Notes: generated from the sequence alone by a model not told the origin. A DNA stretch of 37,749 nt from Nanobdellota archaeon (GCA_043812875.1 JBDRLS010000115.1:1-37749), one strand, 5' to 3'. Positions 26,018 through 34,902 are shown, counted from the stretch's first letter. Numbers and translations are program-made.

Positions 26018-26061
26018 CAAATCCTCTCCCCGCTATCTTCCCAATTTTTTCTCTAAAAATT
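26018..26061 (+). repeat. Partial initiator-tRNA 3' end (18 nt) plus flank; reads like an unoccupied copy of the insertion site
   Basis: caaatcctctccccgcta matches 23098-23115. The next 17 nt match 23756-23772, and the last 25 nt match 25552-25575. Confidence 0.9.
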
Positions 26062-26065
26062 GTAC

Positions 26066-26290
26066 ATGTTTTCGTCATTCTCCGAAGTAGGTATAGGACA
26101 TCCTGAAAAATTAGTTGATAAAGGAACAAGAAACGAACAAAAATTAAGAAGAGATAATGGCGAATTTAGACCATTAAATCAACTTCAAGTTTTTACAGAT
26201 GCAGGTCCGATTTCATTTCATTATGAAAGCGCCAAGAACTTAGGATTGCCGGATGCACTCTACACAGACAGTCAATCTTGGCAAATTTAA
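26066..26290 (+). CDS. Hypothetical small ORF (doubtful)
   Basis: Open frame only. The TATA box present in the sister repeat at 25571-25580 is disrupted here. Confidence 0.3.
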   Translation: MFSSFSEVGIGHPEKLVDKGTRNEQKLRRDNGEFRPLNQLQVFTDAGPISFHYESAKNLGLPDALYTDSQSWQI

Positions 26291-26317
26291 GAGTTTAACA
26301 CAAATATTCTGCATTCT

Positions 26318-27331
26318 TTACCACACCCCGGCAATCATCTCCCCGCACGAACAGCAACCCTCCTTTAGATGATTCTCCACAACAAGAAACCCATGCCGTT
26401 TTATCAGCAATGCATTGCATTCCGGACAATGGGTGTTCTCCTTGTCACCAGCGCGAAGATTCCCTACATAGACATACCTCATCCCAACATCCTTGGCGAT
26501 CTTCCAGGCCCTATCCAAGAGTTCAGCAGAGGTGGATGGCAAATGATCCAGCTTATAGTCAGGGTGGAACGCAGAGAAGTGCAGCGGCACATCCGCGCCG
26601 GCATGCTCCTTCAGCCAAAGGCACATCTCCTCGATCTTGTCCAGATCATCGTTCAGCGTCGGGATGACAAGGTTTGTGACCTCAAGCAGGACATGTTTCT
26701 GCTTGGCCCAGAACTCAATCGAGGCTAAGACGTCTTTCAGGAAGGAAGCAGTGGTCGTCCCATAGAATTGTTGAGTGAATCCTTTTAAGTCGACATTGAT
26801 ACCATCCAAGTGAGGCGCCAATTCCTTTGCAGGCCCTAAACAAGTGAAGCCGTTGCTCACCATGACCGTCCTGATTCCCGCTGCCTTCGCCAGTTTGAAG
26901 ATGTCCAAGCAATACTCGAAGAAGATCGTCGGCTCATTGTACGTCGCTGCGATGCTCTCGCAGCCATGCTCTTTCGCCAATTGTATCATCTGCTCAGGAC
27001 TGACTTCCTCCTCAGGATACTCGCCAGGCTTCGTCTGTGAAGTATGCCAATTCTGGCAATGTTTGCAGCGAAGATTGCAGCCAACAGTTCCAAAGCTGAG
27101 TACCTTGCTCCCCGGCAGAAAGTGAAACAAGGGCTTCTTCTCGATGGGATCGATCTGCAATCCGGTCAATTTCCCATACACGAGAGTATATAGCTTCCCC
27201 ACGACATTCTTGCGCACATTGCAGAAGCCGATCTTCCCATCTTGGATCTGGCAGTAGCGCGGGCAGAGTGTGCACCTGACAGTGTTTTCTTTCCCTTGAT
27301 AGTCCTGTTCGTAATATTTCGCCTTGATCAT
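26318..27331 (-). CDS. AmmeMemoRadiSam-system-type radical SAM enzyme (PflA/PflX-like activase family)
   Basis: CNLRCKHCQNW (CxxxCxxC) preceded by the family-typical N-terminal Cys cluster CTLCPRYCQI..GFCNVRKN. A TATA box lies about 28 nt before the ATG. Confidence 0.85.
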   Translation of the reverse strand: MIKAKYYEQDYQGKENTVRCTLCPRYCQIQDGKIGFCNVRKNVVGKLYTLVYGKLTGLQIDPIEKKPLFHFLPGSKVLSFGTVGCNLRCKHCQNWHTSQTKPGEYPEEEVSPEQMIQLAKEHGCESIAATYNEPTIFFEYCLDIFKLAKAAGIRTVMVSNGFTCLGPAKELAPHLDGINVDLKGFTQQFYGTTTASFLKDVLASIEFWAKQKHVLLEVTNLVIPTLNDDLDKIEEMCLWLKEHAGADVPLHFSAFHPDYKLDHLPSTSAELLDRAWKIAKDVGMRYVYVGNLRAGDKENTHCPECNALLIKRHGFLVVENHLKEGCCSCGEMIAGVW

Positions 27332-27364
27332 GCAATCACAATACCAAAGTTGCTATAAATACTT

Positions 27365-27551
27365 TTCCGACCCACGACCGGGTGATCTTGTCCGAACAAG
27401 GAAAAGCGAGACCGCGGTCCATAATCTTGCAGGTCCACAGCGTCGTGATACTGAAAGTCCCGCTTCTTGGTGTCCTTAGAGCTCTGCTCTTAGCTACGAA
27501 CTTTAGTGAGTTTGCTAGCCTTTGTAAAGGCTAGGTGGAGGTGGCCGGGCC
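27365..27551. ncRNA. Candidate structured RNA or decayed RNA gene in an unusually GC-rich intergenic region (identity unknown)
   Basis: No ORF is present. Perfect hairpins at 27515-27534 (CTAGCCTTT/AAAGGCTAG) and 27387-27400 (CTTGT/ACAAG). The 7-bp pairing 27406-27412/27457-27463 has an A-C mismatch on the + strand that becomes G-U on the minus strand. Confidence 0.25.
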
Positions 27552-27592
27552 AATAATAACATTTAAATAAAGTGTTCGTGAAAGAAGAGACC

Positions 27593-28237
27593 ATGAGAAT
27601 ACTCATTGCGGCCATGCTTCTTTTTCTCACTGGCTGCATTGGATCCTCTACCGTGCTTGATCAATTGGAATCCTCCTTGGATTCCTTCAATGCTTGTGAG
27701 GGCATACCTTCTGTAGAAGAGTCGTGCAAAGATTCGGTAGAGCAAGACAAATGTTCATCGGTGTTCTCGTATATCAGCGAAAGAAGGCAGGGAATGTGTA
27801 ATGAGGAAAATATTGTGCGTGGCCTCATCCAAGATGACCGAGGCGGGTCCTTCGAACAAGTGAATGAGGCAAACGAACGATTCCATTACTATGCAACGCT
27901 CTGGGTCTTTGAGCTGGCAGGATTTGGCATGGCCTCAAAAACAGGTACAGATGACCTAAAGGAAATTGAGTTACAAGCGATCAAAGAAAACTTTGAATCC
28001 CTTTCCGACAAAGGGCTTCCACCCCAAACACGTGAGAAATATGACCGCCTTGCAAGATCAGTGTCTTTCACAGATGAGGATGGATCGCATCTCCTTTCTG
28101 TGATCATGGAGAGATGTGAGCAAGAGAAAAGCGAACTTCAAAAGGCCATCGAGGAAGATGATAATTTTAAAATGGCCTATACGTCTGGCTTCTTGAAATC
28201 TTGCACAGACTTTCTAAATCCGCCCCCGGCAAAATAG
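27593..28237 (+). CDS. Lipoprotein-like secreted protein, function unknown
   Basis: MRILIAAMLLFLTGC is a lipobox-type signal. TTTAAATAA has its first T (27562) 31 nt before ATG 27593; the ORF opens with GTG at 27572. Confidence 0.7.
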   Translation: MRILIAAMLLFLTGCIGSSTVLDQLESSLDSFNACEGIPSVEESCKDSVEQDKCSSVFSYISERRQGMCNEENIVRGLIQDDRGGSFEQVNEANERFHYYATLWVFELAGFGMASKTGTDDLKEIELQAIKENFESLSDKGLPPQTREKYDRLARSVSFTDEDGSHLLSVIMERCEQEKSELQKAIEEDDNFKMAYTSGFLKSCTDFLNPPPAK

Positions 28238-28270
28238 AGAGAATATAATAAACGAAAGAAAAAAAAAGAT

Positions 28271-29026
28271 TTACTCAGCGAGCTTCTGCTCAATCACTGC
28301 TTCGAACGCCTGGAATGGCTGCGCTCCAGATAAGAGCTGTCCATTGATCAAGAATCCTGGCGTTCCACGGATTCCGCCAGTGGTTCCGTCGCTCATGTCC
28401 TTTGCAGTCTCAGCTGCGTGCTTGCCAGAGTCGAGGCATGCATCGAAATCAGCCTTGTTAAGGCCGAGCTCTGCTGCCCAGGCCTTGTAATTGGCGACAC
28501 TGATGCTTCCTTGATTCTCGAAGATCTTGTCGTGCATCTCCCAGAACTTGCCTTGGTCATGTGCACATTGAGCTGCTTCTGCAGCTTTTTGAGCTTGTTG
28601 ATGGAAGCTCAAAGGGAAGTCTTTGAACACGATCTTGACCTTTCCCGTGTCGACATATTTCTCTACGATCTGGCCGTATGTCTGTGTGTAGAACCTGCTG
28701 CAGAATGGACATTCAAAGTCGCTCCATTCGATGATGGTTACCGGAGCATTCGCATCCCCTTTTACAGGATCAGTGTCATCGATCAACTTCTTGAAGTCAA
28801 CACTTGGTGTTGGCGCAGGAGGCGCGGGTGCAGGCGGCGCTTGAGGCTCTGATGGCACATCTGCAGTCCCTTCCTCTGTCCTCGTCAGGGTTAGGTCCTT
28901 AAGGGTATTGTTGATGGCTCCTAACTGAAATGACAGCACTACGAGTAAAATTACCGTGAGTGTTGATGTCCCAAGGAGTATTCTACTGATAGGCGTCTTT
29001 TTATGGTGGTGTGTCTGTTGTTCCAT
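28271..29026 (-). CDS. Membrane-anchored DsbA-family thiol:disulfide oxidoreductase
   Basis: Thioredoxin-fold CPFC active site (WSDFECPFCSRF), an N-terminal TM anchor and a Pro/Ala-rich linker. ATTTTAAA lies about 25-30 nt before ATG 29026. Confidence 0.85.
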   Translation of the reverse strand: MEQQTHHHKKTPISRILLGTSTLTVILLVVLSFQLGAINNTLKDLTLTRTEEGTADVPSEPQAPPAPAPPAPTPSVDFKKLIDDTDPVKGDANAPVTIIEWSDFECPFCSRFYTQTYGQIVEKYVDTGKVKIVFKDFPLSFHQQAQKAAEAAQCAHDQGKFWEMHDKIFENQGSISVANYKAWAAELGLNKADFDACLDSGKHAAETAKDMSDGTTGGIRGTPGFLINGQLLSGAQPFQAFEAVIEQKLAE

Positions 29027-29136
29027 ATGTATGCACCCCGCATATTCTTTAAAATAGTTAATTTCCATCTAAAGACGGCTATTTGGTATATAAACCTTTC
29101 CTTAGATATGACAAGGATTGATTCTAACCATCTTAG

Positions 29137-29152
29137 AAAAACCTTTATAAAT
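29137..29152 (+). promoter_or_regulatory. BRE/TATA promoter of rnhB (AAAAACCTTTATAAAT)
   Basis: The first T of TTTATA (29144) is 30 nt before ATG 29174. Confidence 0.6.
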
Positions 29153-29173
29153 GGCCCAGATTACACACTGAAT

Positions 29174-29812
29174 ATGATCATTTGTGGAGTAGATGAGGCA
29201 GGTAGAGGTCCTTTGATAGGTCCGCTCATGATCGCGGGCGTCGCCATCGATGAAAAGGACCATTATAAGCTCGTCCAGATGGGCGTCAAGGATTCTAAGC
29301 AGCTCTCGCCGAGGATGCGAAAGGCCCTCTCGAGGAAGATTCGGGCCATAAGCAGATGGAAACTCGTCGAGGTCTCCCCCAAAGAGGTCGATAACTCAGT
29401 ATTATCAAAGTCGGATAACCTCAATTGGCTCGAAGCAAAGGTCACCGCAGACATCCTGAGAGAGCTCCAGCCGGACAAGGCCTGGCTCGACTGCCCGAGC
29501 CCTAATCTAAGAGCATATAGAGAGCGCGTCTCGAATGATATCGGCGAGCATAAGATCAAGCTCATCGCAGAGCACAAGGCTGATGAGAACTATCCTGTCG
29601 CCTCGGCTGCATCCATCATTGCCAAGGCCGCGAGGGATGATTACATGAAGAAGCTCGAGAGCCGGCTCGGCCTCATCATCGGCTCTGGCTACCCTGCTGA
29701 CCCTCGGACGCAGAAATTCTTGAAGGAGCATGGCAAGACCCACCCAGATATCTTCCGCAAGAGCTGGGCCTCTTGGAAAGCAGTATCTCAAATGAAGCTG
29801 GGAGAGTTCTGA
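29174..29812 (+). CDS. rnhB: Ribonuclease HII
   Basis: GVDEAGRGPLIGPLMIAGV follows directly after Met 29174, with ASIIAKAARD later. The upstream ORF extension to 29003 overlaps the divergent DsbA-like gene. Confidence 0.9.
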   Translation: MIICGVDEAGRGPLIGPLMIAGVAIDEKDHYKLVQMGVKDSKQLSPRMRKALSRKIRAISRWKLVEVSPKEVDNSVLSKSDNLNWLEAKVTADILRELQPDKAWLDCPSPNLRAYRERVSNDIGEHKIKLIAEHKADENYPVASAASIIAKAARDDYMKKLESRLGLIIGSGYPADPRTQKFLKEHGKTHPDIFRKSWASWKAVSQMKLGEF

Positions 29813-29886
29813 TAATAACCACTCCTAAATGATAAGGTTTTTAAGTAAAAGTCCATTCCCATCCATTACGTAATGAGGAAATTTCA

Positions 29887-30126
29887 ATGAAAAGAACAGC
29901 CACTACATTAACCGTGTTTTTAGCACTCTCTGCTGCTGAGCAAGCGCGAGCTGTCACAGTTGAACCAGAAATTATCGGCATGGAGATGTTTGATGACGCC
30001 CATTTAAAAGGATTAAGAGAATACCATTATGGCATGACATTTGTCAATGACCTCGGCAATGGTGAGTACGGCTTTCGAGTCAGGATTCTCCCTGAACGAC
30101 TGGGTGGTGGCCCTTATCCCCCCTAA
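29887..30126 (+). CDS. Signal-peptide-bearing ORF (79 aa); probably the 5' part of a gene interrupted by one in-frame TAA
   Basis: Signal peptide MKRTATTLTVFLALSAAEQARA with GAGGA before the ATG. It is in the same frame as 30193-30846, with only the stop at 30124-30126 in between. Confidence 0.55.
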   Translation: MKRTATTLTVFLALSAAEQARAVTVEPEIIGMEMFDDAHLKGLREYHYGMTFVNDLGNGEYGFRVRILPERLGGGPYPP

Positions 30127-30192
30127 TCACCGATTGGATTAGCGGGCAGGATATGCGCATCTGAACTGAGGGGATGCTGCATTTCAAGCGAA

Positions 30193-30846
30193 TTGAGGCA
30201 TACGTTTGCTGAATATTTGACGCCTGATGCAGATTATGATCCTTCTATGAGTAGTCTCCTTGAAATATCCGTCCTGAGATATTTCTTCCTAGACAATGAC
30301 ATACAAGAGGAACGGGAAACTGTCCACGGCTGGCCAAAGTCCTTCATCTACCCAGACGGAGAAGATGGCATGAGGCGAATGCTCGGAAAGCTCATCACCG
30401 GCCGCGAAGACGATGGCGGCTTCCACCTGCGCATGTTTCCACAGACCAGCACCTCAGAATTCCATGTCCCTCGCGAATTAAATTTTGTAGGTAATGAGTG
30501 GGTCTTCAATGCAATGAATCCTGATTTCCGCAATGACTATCAAGGCTTTGGTTTCCCCAATAATGGGCTTTACAAATTCGGTTACAATATCGCTGATCCG
30601 GATGAAGAAAAGCTCGACACAACCATACTAGATTATGTTAAAGCTCATGGGGAACTACCAAAAGATCTGAGCATGTATCCAGGCGCAGACCTGGTTATTC
30701 AAGCTTCATCTGGCGCAGAATTACTCATGGCTGTCAGAGATAACAGGATCCATATTCAGATGCCCTCAGAGATGCTCTATAAGGGTGCTGGCAAATTAGA
30801 CAAGATCATGTCAGGAGCATCGATAACGTCGCTTTCTCCAGATTAA
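30193..30846 (+). CDS. Hypothetical ORF (217 aa from a TTG); probably the continuation of 29887-30126
   Basis: It has no ATG, TATA box or ribosome-binding site of its own. The reading frame is open all the way back to the TAA at 30124. Confidence 0.5.
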   Translation: MRHTFAEYLTPDADYDPSMSSLLEISVLRYFFLDNDIQEERETVHGWPKSFIYPDGEDGMRRMLGKLITGREDDGGFHLRMFPQTSTSEFHVPRELNFVGNEWVFNAMNPDFRNDYQGFGFPNNGLYKFGYNIADPDEEKLDTTILDYVKAHGELPKDLSMYPGADLVIQASSGAELLMAVRDNRIHIQMPSEMLYKGAGKLDKIMSGASITSLSPD

Positions 30847-30916
30847 AAATTGCCCTTTCCGCAACATTTATATATACCTTTCCAGTTAGAAGAGCTATCA
30901 AAATAGGGGTGATTAT

Positions 30917-31258
30917 ATGAAAGCGAAATTAGGGCCATGGGCTTTTGTTATCGGTTTAGTTCTAGCATTATTGGTTGCTGTGTTCAGCGCATCATCGCCG
31001 CCGACATGGGCAGTGTTCGTGCTTGCGGTGCTCGGTGTCGTCGTCGGCTTGATGAACGTTACCCAGAAGGAGACGCAGACATTCTTGATTGCGACAATCG
31101 CGTTCCTCCTGAGCTTCAACGTGCTCAGCGCTGTCTTCACGACGCTGACCTTCGGCTGGACTGCGGTAGCAAGCTTCTTTGACCTGATGAGTGTTTTTGT
31201 TGTCCCGGCAGCGGCCATCGTGGCGATCAAGGCGCTTTTCAGCGTAGCCAAGGACTGA
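30917..31258 (+). CDS. Small integral membrane protein (about four TM helices)
   Basis: Hydrophobic helices throughout. GGGGTGAT precedes the ATG, with a TATA box at 30867. It is followed by a long T-rich tract. Confidence 0.75.
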   Translation: MKAKLGPWAFVIGLVLALLVAVFSASSPPTWAVFVLAVLGVVVGLMNVTQKETQTFLIATIAFLLSFNVLSAVFTTLTFGWTAVASFFDLMSVFVVPAAAIVAIKALFSVAKD

Positions 31259-31262
31259 AGTC

Positions 31263-31285
31263 TTTTTTTTCTTTTTTATTTTCCT
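31263..31285 (+). terminator. Oligo-T terminator candidate
   Basis: tttttttt c tttttt a tttt lies immediately after the stop codon at 31258. Confidence 0.5.
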
Positions 31286-31364
31286 CATACAAAACCTTTA
31301 TATATACCCCGACAGTTATAGCAGGTAGTCAGTCTACTTTTCAGAGACGACAAAAGAGGAGACA

Positions 31365-34300
31365 ATGACACGTATTTTGCGCATGGTTATGTCCGGCTTC
31401 AAGAGTTTTGCCCTTAAGACAGAGCTCATTTTCGGAGAGGAATTCAACGTCATTCTCGGCCCGAACGGTTCCGGCAAGTCAAACGTCTTGGATGCGCTCT
31501 GCTTTGTCCTCGGGAAAGGCTCTTCCAAGGAGATGAGGGCAGAGCGTGCTGCCAACTTGATCTACAATGGCGGAAAGAAGAAGGAGCCGGCGAAACAAGG
31601 GGAAGTTTCCATATTTTTCGACAATTCAGAGAAGACGTTCCCCACCGAAGAACCGTTTGTCAAGATCACCCGGATTGTGAAACCGACTGGGCAATCGACA
31701 TACAAGATAAATGACAAGACAAGGACACGACAGCAGATCCTCGAGCTTCTCGCCATCGCCAAGATCAATCCTGATGGGTATAACATCATTCTCCAAGGCG
31801 ATATCGTACGCTTCGTCGAGATGTCAACAGACCAAAGAAGGATGGTCATAGAAGAGATTGCAGGAATCTCGATGTATGAGGAGAAGAAAAACAGGGCACT
31901 GAGAGAGCTTGAAAGGGTTGAGGGGAGGATCAATGAGGCTGATATCGTCCTCAAAGAGCGGAAGACCTATATCGATGAGCTGCAGAAGGAGCGAGACCAG
32001 GCGATGAAGTTCAAGGATGCAGGCACTAAGATCAAGCAGAACAAGGCATCCTTGCTCCATTATCAAACTGAGGAAAAGCAGAAAGAGCTCAAGGAAAAAG
32101 ATGCATTGACTTCCTCAAGGAAGAAAGATATCGATAAAATCCAGGCAGAGATCACAAAGCTCAAGAAGCAGGTCGAAGGAAAACAGGGCGTCATCAAGGG
32201 ACTCAATGATCAGGTGGAGCAGCAGGGCGAGAAGGAACAGGTCAAGGTCCATAAGGAGATTGAGCAGTTCAAGGTCGATATCGCCACCAACAAGACAAGG
32301 ATAGGATCATGTGAGAATGAATTGCAGAGAATCAACCAGCGCAATGACCAACTGCATAAGAGCTTGGCAGATGTCGAGGAAAAGATTGCCCGCCTCGAGA
32401 AGGAGAAGACCGAACTTGCCCAACAGGAAAGCTCGAACAAGAAAGATCAATCTATTGTGGATCAGAAGATAGCAAAATTCCGGACCGATGCCAATCTCGA
32501 CAAGGCAGGGGACATTGAGCAAGACATAGAGAAGCTCGATAACCTGGCTGAGGAGAAGCAAAAAGAGATCCAGGACCTTAGGGAGCGGCAGCAGGAGCTG
32601 ATGCGGGAGAAAGACCGCCTTGAATACCAGCTCCAATCTGTCGATGAAAAGATTGAGAAGGTCATGAATGTTGCAGCTGAGCAGAAAGAGGAGCTTGCCA
32701 GGCTCAAGGAGATGAAGCAAGACTTCAAGAGGACCACCTTACGGTTGAACACCCTTCTGAATGAGGATTCCTCCCTTGCCGCCCAGCTGGCAAACGCGAG
32801 GACGAAACTCCAGGCTGCGAACGAAGATATTGCAAAGCTGCAGGCACAGCAAGCCTCACTCAGGGAAAAAATATCCTTGGGGACTGCTGTCCAGAAGATC
32901 ATTGAAAGCAAGAGCAAGTTTCCCGGCATCGAGGGCACGGTATCAGAGCTCGGCCGGGTCAAGAGCGAGTATGCCATGGCCCTTGATGTTTCCGCTGGAG
33001 CAAGGATAAAGAGCATCGTTGTCGATAATGAAGATACCGCATCCAGATGCATCCGCTATCTGAAGCAGAACCGATTTGGCGTCGCATCATTCCTCCCCCT
33101 CAACAGGGTAAAAGCAGAGCCTGCAAAGCCCTTCCCCCATGCAGGGGCAAAAGGGGTCATCGGCAGGGCGATCGACCTCATCAATTTTGATGCGAAGTAT
33201 AACCGGGTCTTCAACTATGTCTTCGCCAACACCATCGTCGTCGAAACAATTGACGTCGCCAGAAGACTGGGAATAGGGCGATATCGCATGGTGACCTTAG
33301 AGGGGGATCTCTGTGAGATCTCCGGAGCGATGCACGGCGGCTTCCGGAGAAAGGAGAGCCATACGGGCTTCCAGCAGAAAGAAGTTGGTGCAAACATCGC
33401 AAAGTATGAGGAAAAGGCCGCTGACTTGGAAGGGGTCGTCTCCCATCTCGAGATCAAGCGCAAGGGCTCAGATGAGGAGATCACCAAGCTACGCCAGGAC
33501 AAGGCCATGATGGAAGGGGAAATCATCAAATTAGAGAAGAGCCTCCATCTTGAAGAAGGTGACCTGGATGCCAATAAGATATTGAAGAAAGAGCTCAGCG
33601 AGAAGGCAATGGGATCTGACAAGGCGCTGATGGAACTCCAGAATAAGATAGGGGCGGTAAATAAAGAGCTTGCCGCCTTGAAGATGAAGAAGAATGATCT
33701 CAGGAGCACGATCACTGAGTTGAGGAATCCGGCAAAGCTCGCAGAGCTTAATACGTTTGAGCAGAAACGGACCGAGCTGAAGGAGCAGCTCATCAGCATC
33801 CAGGGAGAGATGAAGAACATCACCTCGCAGATCGTCTCAATCCTCAATCCTGAGAAAGAGAATATTGCGAAAATCCTGAAACAGCAGGATAAAGAGGAGA
33901 CCCGGTTCGCTTCTGAAATAAAGGACCTTCAGGCAAGGATCAAGACACAAAGCGCTGAACTGGTGAAGAAAGAAAAGGATGAGAAAGTGTTCTATAACCA
34001 ATTCAAGGAACTGTTCACTAAACGCAACACTGCTTCCGATGAGATGCAGAAGCTCGAGACGAGGATCATCAAGAAAGAGGAAGAGATCAGGAGTTCAGAG
34101 CACAGGATGAACGCGATATCATTAGACATCGCCCGCCTCAGGGCAGAGATGGCAGGCATCGAGCATGAGGCAAAGCAGTATGAAGGAGTGAAGATAGTCA
34201 ACAAACCGATTGAGCAGCTGAAGAAAGAAATCAGCAATGCTGAACGCATGGTGACAGGCATGGGCAATGTCAACATGAAAGCATTGGAGATCTATGAGAC

Positions 34301-34850
34301 TGTTGAGAGGGAATACACTGAATTGCATAAGAAGAAAGAGCGTCTCTCCGAAGAGAAAGAGGATGTCATGGTCATGATGAACGAGATCGAGACCAAGAAG
34401 AAGGATCTGTTCATGAAGACTTTTGACCAGATCCAGGAGCATTTCCAGCGCATCTTCAGCACGTTGACGACCAAGGGGAGTGCAGAGCTTGTCTTGGAAG
34501 ACCCTGATACAGTGTTTGAAGGCGGCGTGAGGATACGTGTCAAGATCACCGGGAGGAAGTTCCTCGATATCAGGTCATTGTCCGGTGGCGAGAAGACGCT
34601 TACTGCGCTCGCGTTTATCTTCTCAATTCAAGAATACGATCCTGCTTCATTCTATGTCCTCGACGAGGTTGACGCCGCACTTGATAAGAGGAATTCTGTC
34701 AGATTGGCTGAGCTTGTGAAGCAGTATGCAGACAAGGCGCAGTACATCATGATCAGCCACAATGACAACATCATCGCTGAAGCCAATATCCTCTACGGCG
34801 CCTCCATGAACGAGCACGGCATGACCAAGGTCGTGAGCCTGAAAGTTTAG
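31365..34850 (+). CDS. smc: Chromosome segregation ATPase SMC
   Basis: Walker A GPNGSGKSN, long coiled coils, a hinge (GVASFLPLN), the signature motif LSGGEKTLTALAF and Walker B FYVLDEVDAALD. Confidence 0.95.
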   Translation: MTRILRMVMSGFKSFALKTELIFGEEFNVILGPNGSGKSNVLDALCFVLGKGSSKEMRAERAANLIYNGGKKKEPAKQGEVSIFFDNSEKTFPTEEPFVKITRIVKPTGQSTYKINDKTRTRQQILELLAIAKINPDGYNIILQGDIVRFVEMSTDQRRMVIEEIAGISMYEEKKNRALRELERVEGRINEADIVLKERKTYIDELQKERDQAMKFKDAGTKIKQNKASLLHYQTEEKQKELKEKDALTSSRKKDIDKIQAEITKLKKQVEGKQGVIKGLNDQVEQQGEKEQVKVHKEIEQFKVDIATNKTRIGSCENELQRINQRNDQLHKSLADVEEKIARLEKEKTELAQQESSNKKDQSIVDQKIAKFRTDANLDKAGDIEQDIEKLDNLAEEKQKEIQDLRERQQELMREKDRLEYQLQSVDEKIEKVMNVAAEQKEELARLKEMKQDFKRTTLRLNTLLNEDSSLAAQLANARTKLQAANEDIAKLQAQQASLREKISLGTAVQKIIESKSKFPGIEGTVSELGRVKSEYAMALDVSAGARIKSIVVDNEDTASRCIRYLKQNRFGVASFLPLNRVKAEPAKPFPHAGAKGVIGRAIDLINFDAKYNRVFNYVFANTIVVETIDVARRLGIGRYRMVTLEGDLCEISGAMHGGFRRKESHTGFQQKEVGANIAKYEEKAADLEGVVSHLEIKRKGSDEEITKLRQDKAMMEGEIIKLEKSLHLEEGDLDANKILKKELSEKAMGSDKALMELQNKIGAVNKELAALKMKKNDLRSTITELRNPAKLAELNTFEQKRTELKEQLISIQGEMKNITSQIVSILNPEKENIAKILKQQDKEETRFASEIKDLQARIKTQSAELVKKEKDEKVFYNQFKELFTKRNTASDEMQKLETRIIKKEEEIRSSEHRMNAISLDIARLRAEMAGIEHEAKQYEGVKIVNKPIEQLKKEISNAERMVTGMGNVNMKALEIYETVEREYTELHKKKERLSEEKEDVMVMMNEIETKKKDLFMKTFDQIQEHFQRIFSTLTTKGSAELVLEDPDTVFEGGVRIRVKITGRKFLDIRSLSGGEKTLTALAFIFSIQEYDPASFYVLDEVDAALDKRNSVRLAELVKQYADKAQYIMISHNDNIIAEANILYGASMNEHGMTKVVSLKV

Positions 34851-34866
34851 AAAACCTTTATAAATG
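34851..34866 (+). promoter_or_regulatory. BRE/TATA promoter (AAAACCTTTATAAATG) driving the tRNA-Glu locus
   Basis: The first T of TTTATA (34857) is 32 nt before 34889, the first base of the duplicated tRNA 5' segment. Confidence 0.6.
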
Positions 34867-34888
34867 GATTCTGGTTGCCTTTTCGTAC

Positions 34889-34902
34889 GCCCCGTTGGTG
34901 TA
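34889..34902 (+). repeat. Exact copy of tRNA-Glu positions 1-14 (GCCCCGTTGGTGTA), 97 nt upstream of the tRNA body
   Basis: Identical to 34986-34999 and located at the predicted transcription start. Confidence 0.9.

Noticed and set aside
27450-27465. RNase P RNA, prompted by the GAAAGTCC string that resembles conserved region I
   Set aside because: The other conserved regions are absent and the locus is too short. The compensatory G-U evidence points to the opposite strand.
30913-31288. Minus-strand ORFs 30913-31251 and 30992-31288 opposite the small membrane protein
   Set aside because: The + strand frame gives regular TM helices and has a ribosome-binding site, promoter and terminator. The minus-strand frames have none of these.
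31562-34549. Many minus-strand ORFs inside smc (for example 32462-33052 and 33215-33847)
   Set aside because: They are the complement of coiled-coil coding sequence and translate to Ser/Phe/Leu-rich low-complexity protein. smc has all of its ATPase motifs.
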